Source: an uncultured Bacillales bacterium (GTDB taxonomy: Bacteria > Bacillota_I > Bacilli_A > RF39 > UBA660). Taken from it: a stretch of DNA of 64,000 nt. This document shows positions 19,105-28,239 of this stretch, piece by piece. Where the stretch lies: the NCBI GenBank assembly GCA_946624985.1, contig CAMOSQ010000004.1, positions 7,034-71,033 of the forward strand, given 5' to 3'. Numbering within the stretch: the stretch's first letter is position 1; each line of letters starts with the position of its first letter. Under the pieces are notes generated by a model. It was given only the letters and a program-made list of their open reading frames with translations, did no database searches and was not told the DNA's origin. The position numbers were made by a program, and so were the translations under genes.

Positions 19105-20063
19105 TTTTTCAACCTTCCTTCATAAACTTTTTGTAACTGTGAATTTTCAAATCTTCTCTTCGTAGCATCAGATGAAATTGCAAATAATAAATTTGATGCA
19201 ACATTCTCATCTGAATTAAATTTTTTTAACATCAATGCAATACTATTTCTTACCTGATCAATCTTATTACGAATAGAAGAATCCATATCTAATGGAGTTA
19301 ATGAAAATAAAAAATCAAATATAAAATTATATGGCGTATCATCTTTTTGCCAAGTTTTTCTTAAAGAATCAGGCCATATAGCAACATAAGGCTTTGTTCC
19401 TTCATTAATAGAATTAAATATTTCACTTGAGACCTTTGATAAAACATCAAAAAATTCACTTTCTTTTAAAATATGAATATCAAGTGGTAACCATTTATCA
19501 GGGAAAACACCATTAGCCAAAGATAAAGAAATACTAGCAACATCTCTTACTGTACCAAGAACATCATTATCTGAAGTTTTCATATTTTTTTTATACAAAT
19601 TTTTTTCCAAAGCACTTTTTGCATTATCAAATTGATCATCTTGACAAATCATCCAAATATCTAAATCAGGTAATCTATTAATAACCTTCCTTGGTTTTAA
19701 TTGATCCTCAATTCTATCACACGATTTACAAAAGCACTTTAAATCTGGCATCTTACTACCATTAATACTTAAACATCTATCGCACGACCACTCAAAAAAA
19801 ATAGATTTCATAGCATGTTGTAATAATTCATCATTATATCTAAGTTGTTCAGTAATAACAGGCAAACTAAAATTATGTTCTTCATCAGTAACATAAAAAG
19901 GATAGCCAGTACCAAAAGCTCCACAAAAACATGAAACATTTTTCATACAATCGACAATCTCTTTGATATTCATTTCAATATAATACCTCTTTAAATCTGT
20001 ATTAGTTATTTCAAACAAAGTTGAAGCTTCAGCAGCCATTTGGCATACCTCAATAGTATTCAT
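19092..20063 (-). CDS. hypothetical protein with a zinc-ribbon insert and nucleotidyltransferase-like acidic strands
   Basis: Motifs CDRC-x13-CFCKSC, LPDLDIWMI and LPLDIHIL. ATG at 20063 follows AAGGGGGG. Overlaps the PHP gene by 13 nt. Confidence 0.45.
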   Translation of the reverse strand: MNTIEVCQMAAEASTLFEITNTDLKRYYIEMNIKEIVDCMKNVSCFCGAFGTGYPFYVTDEEHNFSLPVITEQLRYNDELLQHAMKSIFFEWSCDRCLSINGSKMPDLKCFCKSCDRIEDQLKPRKVINRLPDLDIWMICQDDQFDNAKSALEKNLYKKNMKTSDNDVLGTVRDVASISLSLANGVFPDKWLPLDIHILKESEFFDVLSKVSSEIFNSINEGTKPYVAIWPDSLRKTWQKDDTPYNFIFDFLFSLTPLDMDSSIRNKIDQVRNSIALMLKKFNSDENVASNLLFAISSDATKRRFENSQLQKVYEGRLKKWGK

Positions 20064-20164
20064 ATATAAAATTTCCCCCCTTAAAAATTGCAAGTATTAT
20101 ATAATATATTTATATAAAAATCAAATTAAACTTTAAATATGAAAATTTTATTATACTTTGTATC

Positions 20165-20236
20165 AAAAAAAACATAGTCCATTACCTGAAATATAAGCTT
20201 CACACCTTATATTATATCACAGGTAATTCTATGTGT
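20165..20236 (-). terminator. long imperfect hairpin plus U8; terminator of the lipoprotein gene
   Basis: Nested arms acatag/ctatgt, attacctg/caggtaat and atataag/cttatat, followed by U8 on the minus strand. Confidence 0.6.
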
Positions 20237-20250
20237 CTAAAATTATATAA

Positions 20251-20796
20251 TTAGTCATTATAATTATAAATACCTAATATCTTATCTTCTATAGTATCAT
20301 TAATAGAATCCAACTTCCACTTATTATTATCCTTATGAACAGTAAAATCAATAGTATAAGTAACCTTATCTTTAGCTTCTTTCAATCTATCCAATAAATA
20401 CTTTTTATACAAATTATCATTATAAATCTCTTCATTATAAAACTCTTCTATATGACCTCTTTTATAAACCTCAGCTTCATTTATAATTTTAGTAAAATCA
20501 GTAACAATAACTTCCGCACTTACTACTGCCTCATCACCATCAATACGTTCTTCCTTAATACTATACTGTAAATCTTTATACTGCTTTTTAATTAACTCTC
20601 TATACTCTTTCTTATTTTCATCATTTAACTTAGTCTTCTTGTCAATTACACTATCCAACTGATCTAATACCTCTTTATCCAATATTTGATACTTATTAAG
20701 ATATTCCTCTACTTTCTTAGTAGGAGTATTACTAATATCTAACATACTACACCCTGTAAAAAATAAAACCGATAAAATAACAAATAATCTTTTCAT
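20251..20796 (-). CDS. lipoprotein, function unknown
   Basis: Signal peptide with lipobox LFFTGC. Confidence 0.7.
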   Translation of the reverse strand: MKRLFVILSVLFFTGCSMLDISNTPTKKVEEYLNKYQILDKEVLDQLDSVIDKKTKLNDENKKEYRELIKKQYKDLQYSIKEERIDGDEAVVSAEVIVTDFTKIINEAEVYKRGHIEEFYNEEIYNDNLYKKYLLDRLKEAKDKVTYTIDFTVHKDNNKWKLDSINDTIEDKILGIYNYND

Positions 20797-20895
20797 ACTT
20801 GCCTCCTATTTATATAATTAACAAAAACAAAATATATATACATTAATTTGATGTAAATTGTTGATTTTTAAAAATATATATGTTAAAATGTATTT

Positions 20896-21017
20896 AGGAA
20901 GCATTGCTTCATAAAATAAAAAAGGGAATACTTAACTTTGCTGTGTTGAGTACTCACCTAGAAAAAGATTTTTTAAGGCAAAGTACTAATCTTACAAAGA
21001 TTGAGTACTTTTATTTT
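20896..21017 (+). ncRNA. candidate antitoxin sRNA of TA-like module 1
   Basis: Promoter TTGATT (20861-66), 17-nt spacer, TAAAAT (20884-89). 5' hairpin gaagc-att-gcttc. Terminator gtact-aatctt-aca-aagatt-g-agtac followed by TTTTATTTT (20983-21017). Convergent with the peptide gene and antisense to its 3' UTR. Confidence 0.45.
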
Positions 21018-21039
21018 GCCTTAAAACCAATAAAAACAA

Positions 21040-21108
21040 CTACCGATATATTATAAGCAAAACAATGATAACTAATAAAGATAAAATTAATAAATCTTTC
21101 TTATACAT
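21040..21108 (-). CDS. 22-aa hydrophobic peptide, candidate type I toxin: MYKKDLLILSLLVIIVLLIIYR
   Basis: Promoter TTGATT-17-TATAAT (21190..21162). SD GGAGGG lies 7 nt before the ATG and is paired in the hairpin CCUCC-GUAA-GGAGG (21130..21117). Below the ORF-track cut-off. Confidence 0.55.
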   Translation of the reverse strand: MYKKDLLILSLLVIIVLLIIYR

Positions 21109-21211
21109 ATTATCGCCCTCCTTACGGAGGTAAGTACCCAACAATTAAGTATTCCTATAATATTATAACTTGTAATTAACTTTAAATCAACATAAAATTA
21201 ACAAAATAATT

Positions 21212-21237
21212 AAAAAAAAAGAGACTTACTTAGCCTC
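21212..21237 (-). terminator. rny terminator
   Basis: Minus-strand hairpin GAGGC-uaaguaa-GUCUC followed by U9. Confidence 0.55.
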
Positions 21238-22779
21238 TTCTACAACTCTAGTCTCTCTAATTACAGTAACCTTTATAGTACCAGGATATTGTAACTTTTC
21301 CTCAATCTGATTCTTAATATCACGAGCAACTTTATAAGTTTTTAAATCATCAATTTCCTCAGACTTAACTAAAACTCTAAGCTCACGACCAGCTTGTACA
21401 GCATATGACTTATCAACACCATCAATACCATCAGCAATCTCTTCAAGATCCTTAAGTCTTTGAACATAATTCTCTAAAGAATCATTTCTAGCTCCAGGAC
21501 GTGAAGCAGAAAGTGCATCAGCAATCGCTACTATAGAAGAAATTATACTAGTAGCTTCCTTATCACCATGATGTGACTCAATAGCATTAATAACAACATC
21601 ATTTTCTTTATACTTCTTAGCAAGCTCAGCCCCTAGAGTAACATGACTACCTTCAACCTCATGATCAATAGACTTACCAATATCATGTAAAAGTCCAGCA
21701 CGTCTAGCAAGCGCTACATTTTCACCCAACTCAGCAGCAAGTAATCCAGATAAATAAGCAACTTCAATAGAATGAGTTAAAGCATTTTGACCAAAGCTTG
21801 TCCTAAAATGTAACTTACCTAAAATCTCAACTAATTCAGGATCCATCTTAGTAATACCTAACTCAAATAAAGCAGAATTACCATACTCTAAAACCTTAGC
21901 CTTCATATCATTAACAGTTTTATCATATAACTCTTCAATACGAGTTGGATGAATTCTTCCATCCTTAATCAAAGTCTCTAAAGTAACACGAGCGATCTCC
22001 CTACGATATGGATCAAAACTTGATATTACTATAGCCTCAGGTGTATCATCAATAATTAAATCAACACCAGTAACAGCCTCTATAGTTCTAATATTACGAC
22101 CCTCACGGCCTATAATTCTACCCTTCATCTCATCATTAGGTAAACTTACAACAGTAACAGTTTGTTCACTAGCAACCTCACCTGAATACTTTTGCATACT
22201 AGAAACAAGCATAGACTTAGCCTTCTTATCAACTAGAAGCTTAGCCTCAGCCTCTCTATCCTTAATCATTGCAGCAATCTCTAAGCTCATCATTTCTTCA
22301 ACCTTTTTAAGAACTAAATCACGAGCTTGATTCTTAGAATAACCTGCAATTTTCTCTAATAATTCAACCTGTTCTTTTTTAATATTTTCCACTTCTACTT
22401 GTTCTTTTTGGATATCTTTTTGTTTATTTATTAGATTATTTTCCTTTTCCTCTAACATTTGTTCACGATTTTGAAGAGTTTGATCTCTTCTATCAATGCT
22501 AGCCTCACGATTTAAAAGACGCTCTTCAGACTCCTTAATTTCAACCTTTTTCTCTTTAATCTCTTTATCAGTTTCAATCTTTAACTTATGAGCCTCTTCC
22601 TTAGCCTCTAATAAATAATCTCTCTTAATCTTATCTGCATCTTTCTTAGCCTTTTCAAGCATGTTATCTATTTTTTTAGAAGAACTAATTCCTCTAAGAT
22701 AATTAATAATCAAAATAAAAATTACACCAACAAAAATCCCAATAAGGACTAGTAAAATGGAGAAAGCTATATTATTCAT
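21226..22779 (-). CDS. rny: ribonuclease Y
   Basis: N-terminal TM segment, coiled-coil region, KH domain ([12 protein letters not shown]) and HD domain (LLHDIGK). ATG at 22779 follows GGAGG. Confidence 0.95.
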   Translation of the reverse strand: MNNIAFSILLVLIGIFVGVIFILIINYLRGISSSKKIDNMLEKAKKDADKIKRDYLLEAKEEAHKLKIETDKEIKEKKVEIKESEERLLNREASIDRRDQTLQNREQMLEEKENNLINKQKDIQKEQVEVENIKKEQVELLEKIAGYSKNQARDLVLKKVEEMMSLEIAAMIKDREAEAKLLVDKKAKSMLVSSMQKYSGEVASEQTVTVVSLPNDEMKGRIIGREGRNIRTIEAVTGVDLIIDDTPEAIVISSFDPYRREIARVTLETLIKDGRIHPTRIEELYDKTVNDMKAKVLEYGNSALFELGITKMDPELVEILGKLHFRTSFGQNALTHSIEVAYLSGLLAAELGENVALARRAGLLHDIGKSIDHEVEGSHVTLGAELAKKYKENDVVINAIESHHGDKEATSIISSIVAIADALSASRPGARNDSLENYVQRLKDLEEIADGIDGVDKSYAVQAGRELRVLVKSEEIDDLKTYKVARDIKNQIEEKLQYPGTIKVTVIRETRVVEEAK

Positions 22780-22865
22780 AAATACCTCCATTTAACATTT
22801 TATTCTAATACAAGTATAATATAGATTAAAAAATTAATCAAGGCTTTTACACATAATTTAAAAAC

Positions 22866-23198
22866 TTAAGAAGTCTCAATAGCATTTCCAATCTTAGTAA
22901 ATATAATATCAACACCATGTCTAGTATACTTAGAAATAATCTCAGAAATATTAAGAGTTATTTTTGAAATTTTATTTTGATAATTCTTTTCTGTTCCCTT
23001 CAAATATTCATGTATATCAACACTATTACCGTTCCTTACATCTTCCTCAAATTTTTCTATTTGATCCTTTGTAAAACTCATTTTTCTTCTAGAATTATAC
23101 TCATAATAACCCGACTGTAAAGAAATATAAAAAGTCAAAAAACTAACAAAACTAATAATAAAAAAAACCTTAAAAAACACTTTAACCTTTTTATTCAT
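22866..23198 (-). CDS. YqxA-like small membrane protein
   Basis: Start at MNKKVKVFF overlaps the spoIIP stop by 8 nt. Its position after gpr-spoIIP matches Bacillus yqxA. Confidence 0.55.
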   Translation of the reverse strand: MNKKVKVFFKVFFIISFVSFLTFYISLQSGYYEYNSRRKMSFTKDQIEKFEEDVRNGNSVDIHEYLKGTEKNYQNKISKITLNISEIISKYTRHGVDIIFTKIGNAIETS

Positions 23199-24111
23199 AA
23201 ACCTTCTCCTTAATAATATTAGAAATAACATCCAAAGTATTATTAACCTCCCGAGATGTATTTTGATTACCACCAACCTCAAGCAAAATAACATTATAAC
23301 CAATATCTTGATTATAAATACCATTAACGCCTGGTCCTTCTTTTTCCAAAATTCCTTTACTAAGGCCAGAATAACTAGAACTAATTAAATAATCAATAGA
23401 CTGAGTAAAATGAAGATTTTCTAAATAATTAGCATGCTCCCTACCAATAACAAATAATACTTTAGCATAACTTTTATCACCAATAGTAACAGTAGTCAAA
23501 CTACGACCAACAGAATCTCTATGCAAATCAATAAACAACCTAATACTAGGATTTTCATCCTTAACCCTTTCCAAATTAATTCTACTTGCTTTATAACTCA
23601 AATTATAATTCCATCCATTAGAAGATCTAATATTAGAAGTTCTATTCTCCTCAACAATAGAATTAATACCTAAATTTCTTAATCTCTCTTGAAGATAAAA
23701 AGCAGCATCAAAAACACCATAATTATCAGAATACTCCTCGGTATCGTGAGTATTATAAATATATACAAGAGGTAAAGAATTATCAGTAGAAACAGTAATT
23801 GGAGTATCATTCATAACATAATACATAGAACTATTAGGGCTCTCATAAAACATAACACTTTGTAAAATTGTACTAGGACTATTAATATCAAATCTACACA
23901 ATGAAAAAAATGATCTTGAAATAAGAGAAACAACATTAATATCATTATTAATACTAAAATCATCCAATAAAGAAACAACATTCATACTTATAAAATTAAA
24001 ACTTAGAAAAAACCTCAAAAACAAACAAAAAATAAAAAACAAAAACATAAAAAAGAAACATGCTAAAAAATGAAACTTAATATGTCTTCTAGATTTAAAT
24101 TTTTTTCTCAT
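23191..24111 (-). CDS. spoIIP: stage II sporulation protein P
   Basis: The SpoIIP-type motif IYNTHDTEEY...DLHRD and its position beside gpr. Confidence 0.82.
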   Translation of the reverse strand: MRKKFKSRRHIKFHFLACFFFMFLFFIFCLFLRFFLSFNFISMNVVSLLDDFSINNDINVVSLISRSFFSLCRFDINSPSTILQSVMFYESPNSSMYYVMNDTPITVSTDNSLPLVYIYNTHDTEEYSDNYGVFDAAFYLQERLRNLGINSIVEENRTSNIRSSNGWNYNLSYKASRINLERVKDENPSIRLFIDLHRDSVGRSLTTVTIGDKSYAKVLFVIGREHANYLENLHFTQSIDYLISSSYSGLSKGILEKEGPGVNGIYNQDIGYNVILLEVGGNQNTSREVNNTLDVISNIIKEKVYE

Positions 24112-24187
24112 AAATTCACCTAGTAAAACATATTCACATTATATATGATTATGATTAAATAAAATGTCAAAAAAAGCATAGAATAAT

Positions 24188-25207
24188 CTATACTTTATAA
24201 TTACTATGCAAAGCCATATTCAAACCATTACCTATTACATCACACAACTTAGAAATAACAAAATCAATTTCCTTTGGCGTAACCATAAAATTATAACCAA
24301 CAGGAGTAAGAACCTCAGATATTAACTTTCTAACCTCAACATCACTTAAATTACCAACAAGTCCTAATAATTCCTTTTTATCAGATTTACTAACAAAAAC
24401 ATCCTTTTTTAAATAATTAATCCCACCATTAACAATTAATTTATTAATAGGATTATCAATATTATTCTTAGCATAAGAAAAATGTTTTTCCATAAAATTA
24501 ATCGTATCACTAACAATAGTTACCGCATCAACAGTAGTAGGAACACCAATCGCAATAACAGGTTTTCCAATAGTCTCAACACTAATTTCCTTACGGGTAT
24601 TGCCAATCCCACTACCAGGATGAATTCCTGTATCAGTAATCTGAATCGTTTTATTAACACGTTCCAAAGAACTACTAGCAAGAGCATCAATAACAATTAA
24701 AAAATCGGGATTAATCTTATCAACAATTCCCTTTATAATATCACAAGTTTCAATACCAGTAGTACCTGTAACACCAGGATTAATTGAACATACTCTTCTA
24801 AATCCATCATCCAAATCACCCAAATTATAAAGATGATTAGTAACAACAAGCTTATCAACACTCCCAGGTCCCAATGAATCAGGAGTAGAATTAAAATTAC
24901 CCAATCCAACAACTAAACAAAAATCACTTTGTCCAATCCCGATATCAGATAATAATTTACGAACATGATCACAAAAAACAGACATAACTTTTTTCTGATT
25001 AAAACTATCAGTAACATCATCAAAACCAATAGTAATATAATTTCCCTTTTTTTTAGAAAACAAACTTGATTTTTCATCATCAAGATAAATAGAACTTACT
25101 AATATACCATCATAATCAATAACATTTTTTTCAAAACTATTATCCAAAAGATCAATTGCTAAATCAGTTCTTATAGAATATTTACTTAAATCAATCTCAT
25201 GATTCAT
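24188..25207 (-). CDS. gpr: germination protease
   Basis: IRTDLAIDL...GLGN...TPDSLGP is GPR-typical. ATG at 25207 follows GGTGA. Confidence 0.9.
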   Translation of the reverse strand: MNHEIDLSKYSIRTDLAIDLLDNSFEKNVIDYDGILVSSIYLDDEKSSLFSKKKGNYITIGFDDVTDSFNQKKVMSVFCDHVRKLLSDIGIGQSDFCLVVGLGNFNSTPDSLGPGSVDKLVVTNHLYNLGDLDDGFRRVCSINPGVTGTTGIETCDIIKGIVDKINPDFLIVIDALASSSLERVNKTIQITDTGIHPGSGIGNTRKEISVETIGKPVIAIGVPTTVDAVTIVSDTINFMEKHFSYAKNNIDNPINKLIVNGGINYLKKDVFVSKSDKKELLGLVGNLSDVEVRKLISEVLTPVGYNFMVTPKEIDFVISKLCDVIGNGLNMALHSNYKV

Positions 25208-25320
25208 AACATCACCAATTATATTTTTAACTATTTTTCTATTTTTATTAAAAATAAATTGATTTTTTAATAAATATTTGATAAAATACATTAAGTATTA
25301 ACGACTTGGAGGTGAATATT

Positions 25321-25584
25321 ATGGCAAATATGAAAAACGCTAAGAAAAAAATCAAAGTAATAGCTAAAAAGAAAAAAAATAATAACGAATTTAAAACTAG
25401 TATGCGTACTGCAATGAAAAATGTAGAAAAAGCAGTTTTAGCAAACGATAAAGATAAAGCAAATGACAACCTAAAAATAGCTATCAAAAGAATTGATAAA
25501 GCAAGTTCAAAAGGTGTTGTTACTAAAAACTTCTGTGCTCGTAATAAATCAAGATTAACAAAAAAAGTAAATGAAATGAAGTAA
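25321..25584 (+). CDS. rpsT: 30S ribosomal protein S20
   Basis: Begins MANMKNAKKKIKV. ATG follows GGAGGTGA. Confidence 0.93.
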   Translation: MANMKNAKKKIKVIAKKKKNNNEFKTSMRTAMKNVEKAVLANDKDKANDNLKIAIKRIDKASSKGVVTKNFCARNKSRLTKKVNEMK

Positions 25585-25633
25585 CTACTTCTTTTTTTTT
25601 TACTATTTTGATATAATTAATTAAGGTGATAAT

Positions 25634-26548
25634 ATGGAAAAATTCCTATACATTCTTCTATTTATACTTTTAATTGTTTTAGTATATACAAAAAGAAACG
25701 AAATAACAAAAGACATAATGATTAATTATGTCGATAATGATCTAAAATTTGAAGAACCAAATGAATATTATAAAAACTATGACTATGAATACGTACAAAA
25801 TACAGAAAATTTATATCCAGAAAAAAAACAAGATATATTAAATATACTATATACTACACTAAATAGAGGACAAACAGAAGTATCATTCTATTGCAAATAC
25901 GAAGAATGTATAAATGATGTAAATGAAATTGCAGAAGGCAAAGATTATTTAGCAAGCATAAATAACTTAGTACACCCATTTAATAGCTACAAGAATATAT
26001 ACTTTACAATAAATAAATATGGAAAAATAGAATTATCTATAAAAAAACAATACTCAGATACAGAAATACTAATTATAAATCAAAAAATAGATAATATTAT
26101 GTCCGAACTATCATTAGAATCATTAAATGATTATGAAAAAATTCAAGCATTTCATGATTATATAATAAACAATACTACATATGACAGTAGTATAAATATA
26201 GAAAATCAATTAACAGTTGATACAAACTCAAATAAAGCAACTGGCTTATTATTAGAAAATAAGGCAATATGCTCAGGATATAGTGACACAATGGCTATTT
26301 TTCTAAATAAACTAAATTACAACAATTATAAAATTAGCAGTGAAAAACATGTATGGAATCTAATAAAATTAGACAATAATTGGAAACATATCGATGCAAC
26401 ATGGGATGATCCAATATCATCTGATGGAAAAGATATACTATTGCACGACTTTTTCCTAATCGATACAAACGAATTAATAGAAAATGAAAAAAAATTCGAA
26501 CAGATAGAACACAATTTTAATAAAAATATATACAAAGAAGCAAACTAA
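25634..26548 (+). CDS. transglutaminase-like domain protein, membrane-anchored
   Basis: Cys-His-Asp pattern ICSGYSDTMA...KHVWNLI...IDATWDD. Confidence 0.7.
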   Translation: MEKFLYILLFILLIVLVYTKRNEITKDIMINYVDNDLKFEEPNEYYKNYDYEYVQNTENLYPEKKQDILNILYTTLNRGQTEVSFYCKYEECINDVNEIAEGKDYLASINNLVHPFNSYKNIYFTINKYGKIELSIKKQYSDTEILIINQKIDNIMSELSLESLNDYEKIQAFHDYIINNTTYDSSINIENQLTVDTNSNKATGLLLENKAICSGYSDTMAIFLNKLNYNNYKISSEKHVWNLIKLDNNWKHIDATWDDPISSDGKDILLHDFFLIDTNELIENEKKFEQIEHNFNKNIYKEAN

Positions 26549-27750
26549 CAATAAAGAGGAAGAGTAATAATTGCGCAGGTTCCAATTCCCTCCTCTGATA
26601 AATAATCAATACTTCCATTATGCGCACTAATAATCTCATTAGAAAGTAAAACACCTAAACCTGTACCATCAGCCTTGGTAGTATAAAAAGGTTCACTCAT
26701 TTTACTCATAACCTCACTATTCATACCTACTCCATTATCTTCAACATAAATTTTAACTTTATTATCAAAAACTTCAGTATGAATCCTAATATAACTTTGT
26801 TTTTTATAATCAATAGCTTCAATGCTATTTTTTATTATGTTCAATAAAACTTGATTAAGCCTATTATAATCACCATAAATAAATATTTCATCATCACTTA
26901 TTTCAGCACTGAACTTTATATTTTTACTATCAAATAATAACCTATAATTCTCAATAATTTCATCAAGTAAAAGTGAAATATCAATTATATCACACTCCAA
27001 TTTTACCTTCTTACACGCAGAAAAATCTTGAAGCAAATTTAAAGTTTTTTCAATTTCAGACTTAATAATAGGAATATATTTTTTAAAATGATCAATATTA
27101 TTACTATCAAACATATCCAAATACCCTTTACATACAGCAATAGGATTCTTTATTTCATGACTTATTTTAAACAATGAATCTCTAAGTTGATTTTCCTTCA
27201 TTAATTCCTTATACGATATATTTATCTCAATAATTTTCTCAGCCTTAACTAAAATAATAATAATAAAATAATACAAAAAATAATAAAATAAATAATAAAA
27301 AGAGCTATATATTAACGTATCCAAATTAACAGTTGAAACAAAAAAACACAACAAATTTGAAATAATAGATAATGCGAAAAAAACCTTACCATTACCACAA
27401 AAATAAAATATGATAAAACAAATAATATATTTAAAAATAAAAATATAAGAATTAAAATTTAATAAATAACATAAAAAAATAACAAAAATTGACATAGCAA
27501 TAGCGTTAACTTTATTCTTTTTAATATAAAACAATATAATAATAAAATCAAAAACAATACTAAAAATATAAATATTATTAAATAAACTAAATCTAAACAT
27601 AAAATATAAAGAAGAAAACAAACAAAAACTCAAAACCAAATCATTTTTATTTTTATCAATATTTTCAGTATAAACCTCATAAATTAGATAAACTATTATA
27701 GAAAGCAAAATCCAAGTAAAACTAACAAAATATTGTTCAAAATTTGACAT
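26545..27750 (-). CDS. orphan sensor histidine kinase with a polytopic N-terminal domain
   Basis: H-box ISHEIKNPI, N-box LNIIKNSIEA and G-boxes DNGVGM and GTGLGV. No response regulator is adjacent. ATG at 27750 follows GAGGTGA. Confidence 0.8.
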   Translation of the reverse strand: MSNFEQYFVSFTWILLSIIVYLIYEVYTENIDKNKNDLVLSFCLFSSLYFMFRFSLFNNIYIFSIVFDFIIILFYIKKNKVNAIAMSIFVIFLCYLLNFNSYIFIFKYIICFIIFYFCGNGKVFFALSIISNLLCFFVSTVNLDTLIYSSFYYLFYYFLYYFIIIILVKAEKIIEINISYKELMKENQLRDSLFKISHEIKNPIAVCKGYLDMFDSNNIDHFKKYIPIIKSEIEKTLNLLQDFSACKKVKLECDIIDISLLLDEIIENYRLLFDSKNIKFSAEISDDEIFIYGDYNRLNQVLLNIIKNSIEAIDYKKQSYIRIHTEVFDNKVKIYVEDNGVGMNSEVMSKMSEPFYTTKADGTGLGVLLSNEIISAHNGSIDYLSEEGIGTCAIITLPLYC

Positions 27751-27827
27751 AATTTTCACCTCATAAAAAATATACAATATTTTTATATCAAAATTTGTCG
27801 AAAAAAGAAAAAAAGTGAAGAAAAATA

Positions 27828-28142
27828 TCACTTTAATTCATCTATATATTTAATTAATTGTCTTGCATCATCACCCAAGATAATTTTAAGTTGATCATCC
27901 ACTTCAACAATACCAGATGCACCCAATCTTTGAATACTTTCTTTATTTGCTAAAGAAATATCCTTAAGTCGAACCGTTAATCTAGATTTATTATAATTAT
28001 ATTCAATTATATTTTCTCTTCCACCTAAAAAAACAATTAACTTATTTGCTTCAATTTTAAAATTTTTATTTTTAGACTTAACAATAGCAAGACCTATAAT
28101 TACCATTATTACTATAATTATTAAATATTGTATATATTCCAT
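27828..28142 (-). CDS. membrane-anchored PTS EIIB-like domain protein lacking the phospho-Cys
   Basis: LGGRENIIEYNYNKSRLTVRLKD aligns with the EIIB signature LGGxxNI...C-x-TRLR, with Asn in the Cys position. Confidence 0.55.
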   Translation of the reverse strand: MEYIQYLIIIVIMVIIGLAIVKSKNKNFKIEANKLIVFLGGRENIIEYNYNKSRLTVRLKDISLANKESIQRLGASGIVEVDDQLKIILGDDARQLIKYIDELK

Positions 28143-28239
28143 ATCATCACCAATAACATTATACTAAAAATAGTTTAATTTTTCAATCATAATTGTATAA
28201 TAAAAAATATTAGTGTATTATAATTAATGAGGTGTTACA

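Noticed and set aside
20075-20080. C6/G6 run upstream of the NTase-like gene, as a second phase-variation tract.
   Set aside because: It is short and forms the SD (AAGGGGGG) 8 nt before the ATG at 20063, so length changes would not shift a reading frame.
25248-25487. 79-aa minus-strand hydrophobic ORF overlapping the gpr start and rpsT; likewise 28224-28514 opposite the SEDS gene and 36586-36942 opposite tmcAL.
   Set aside because: These are shadow ORFs across promoter regions and the opposite strands of real genes. I recognised no RBS and no family.
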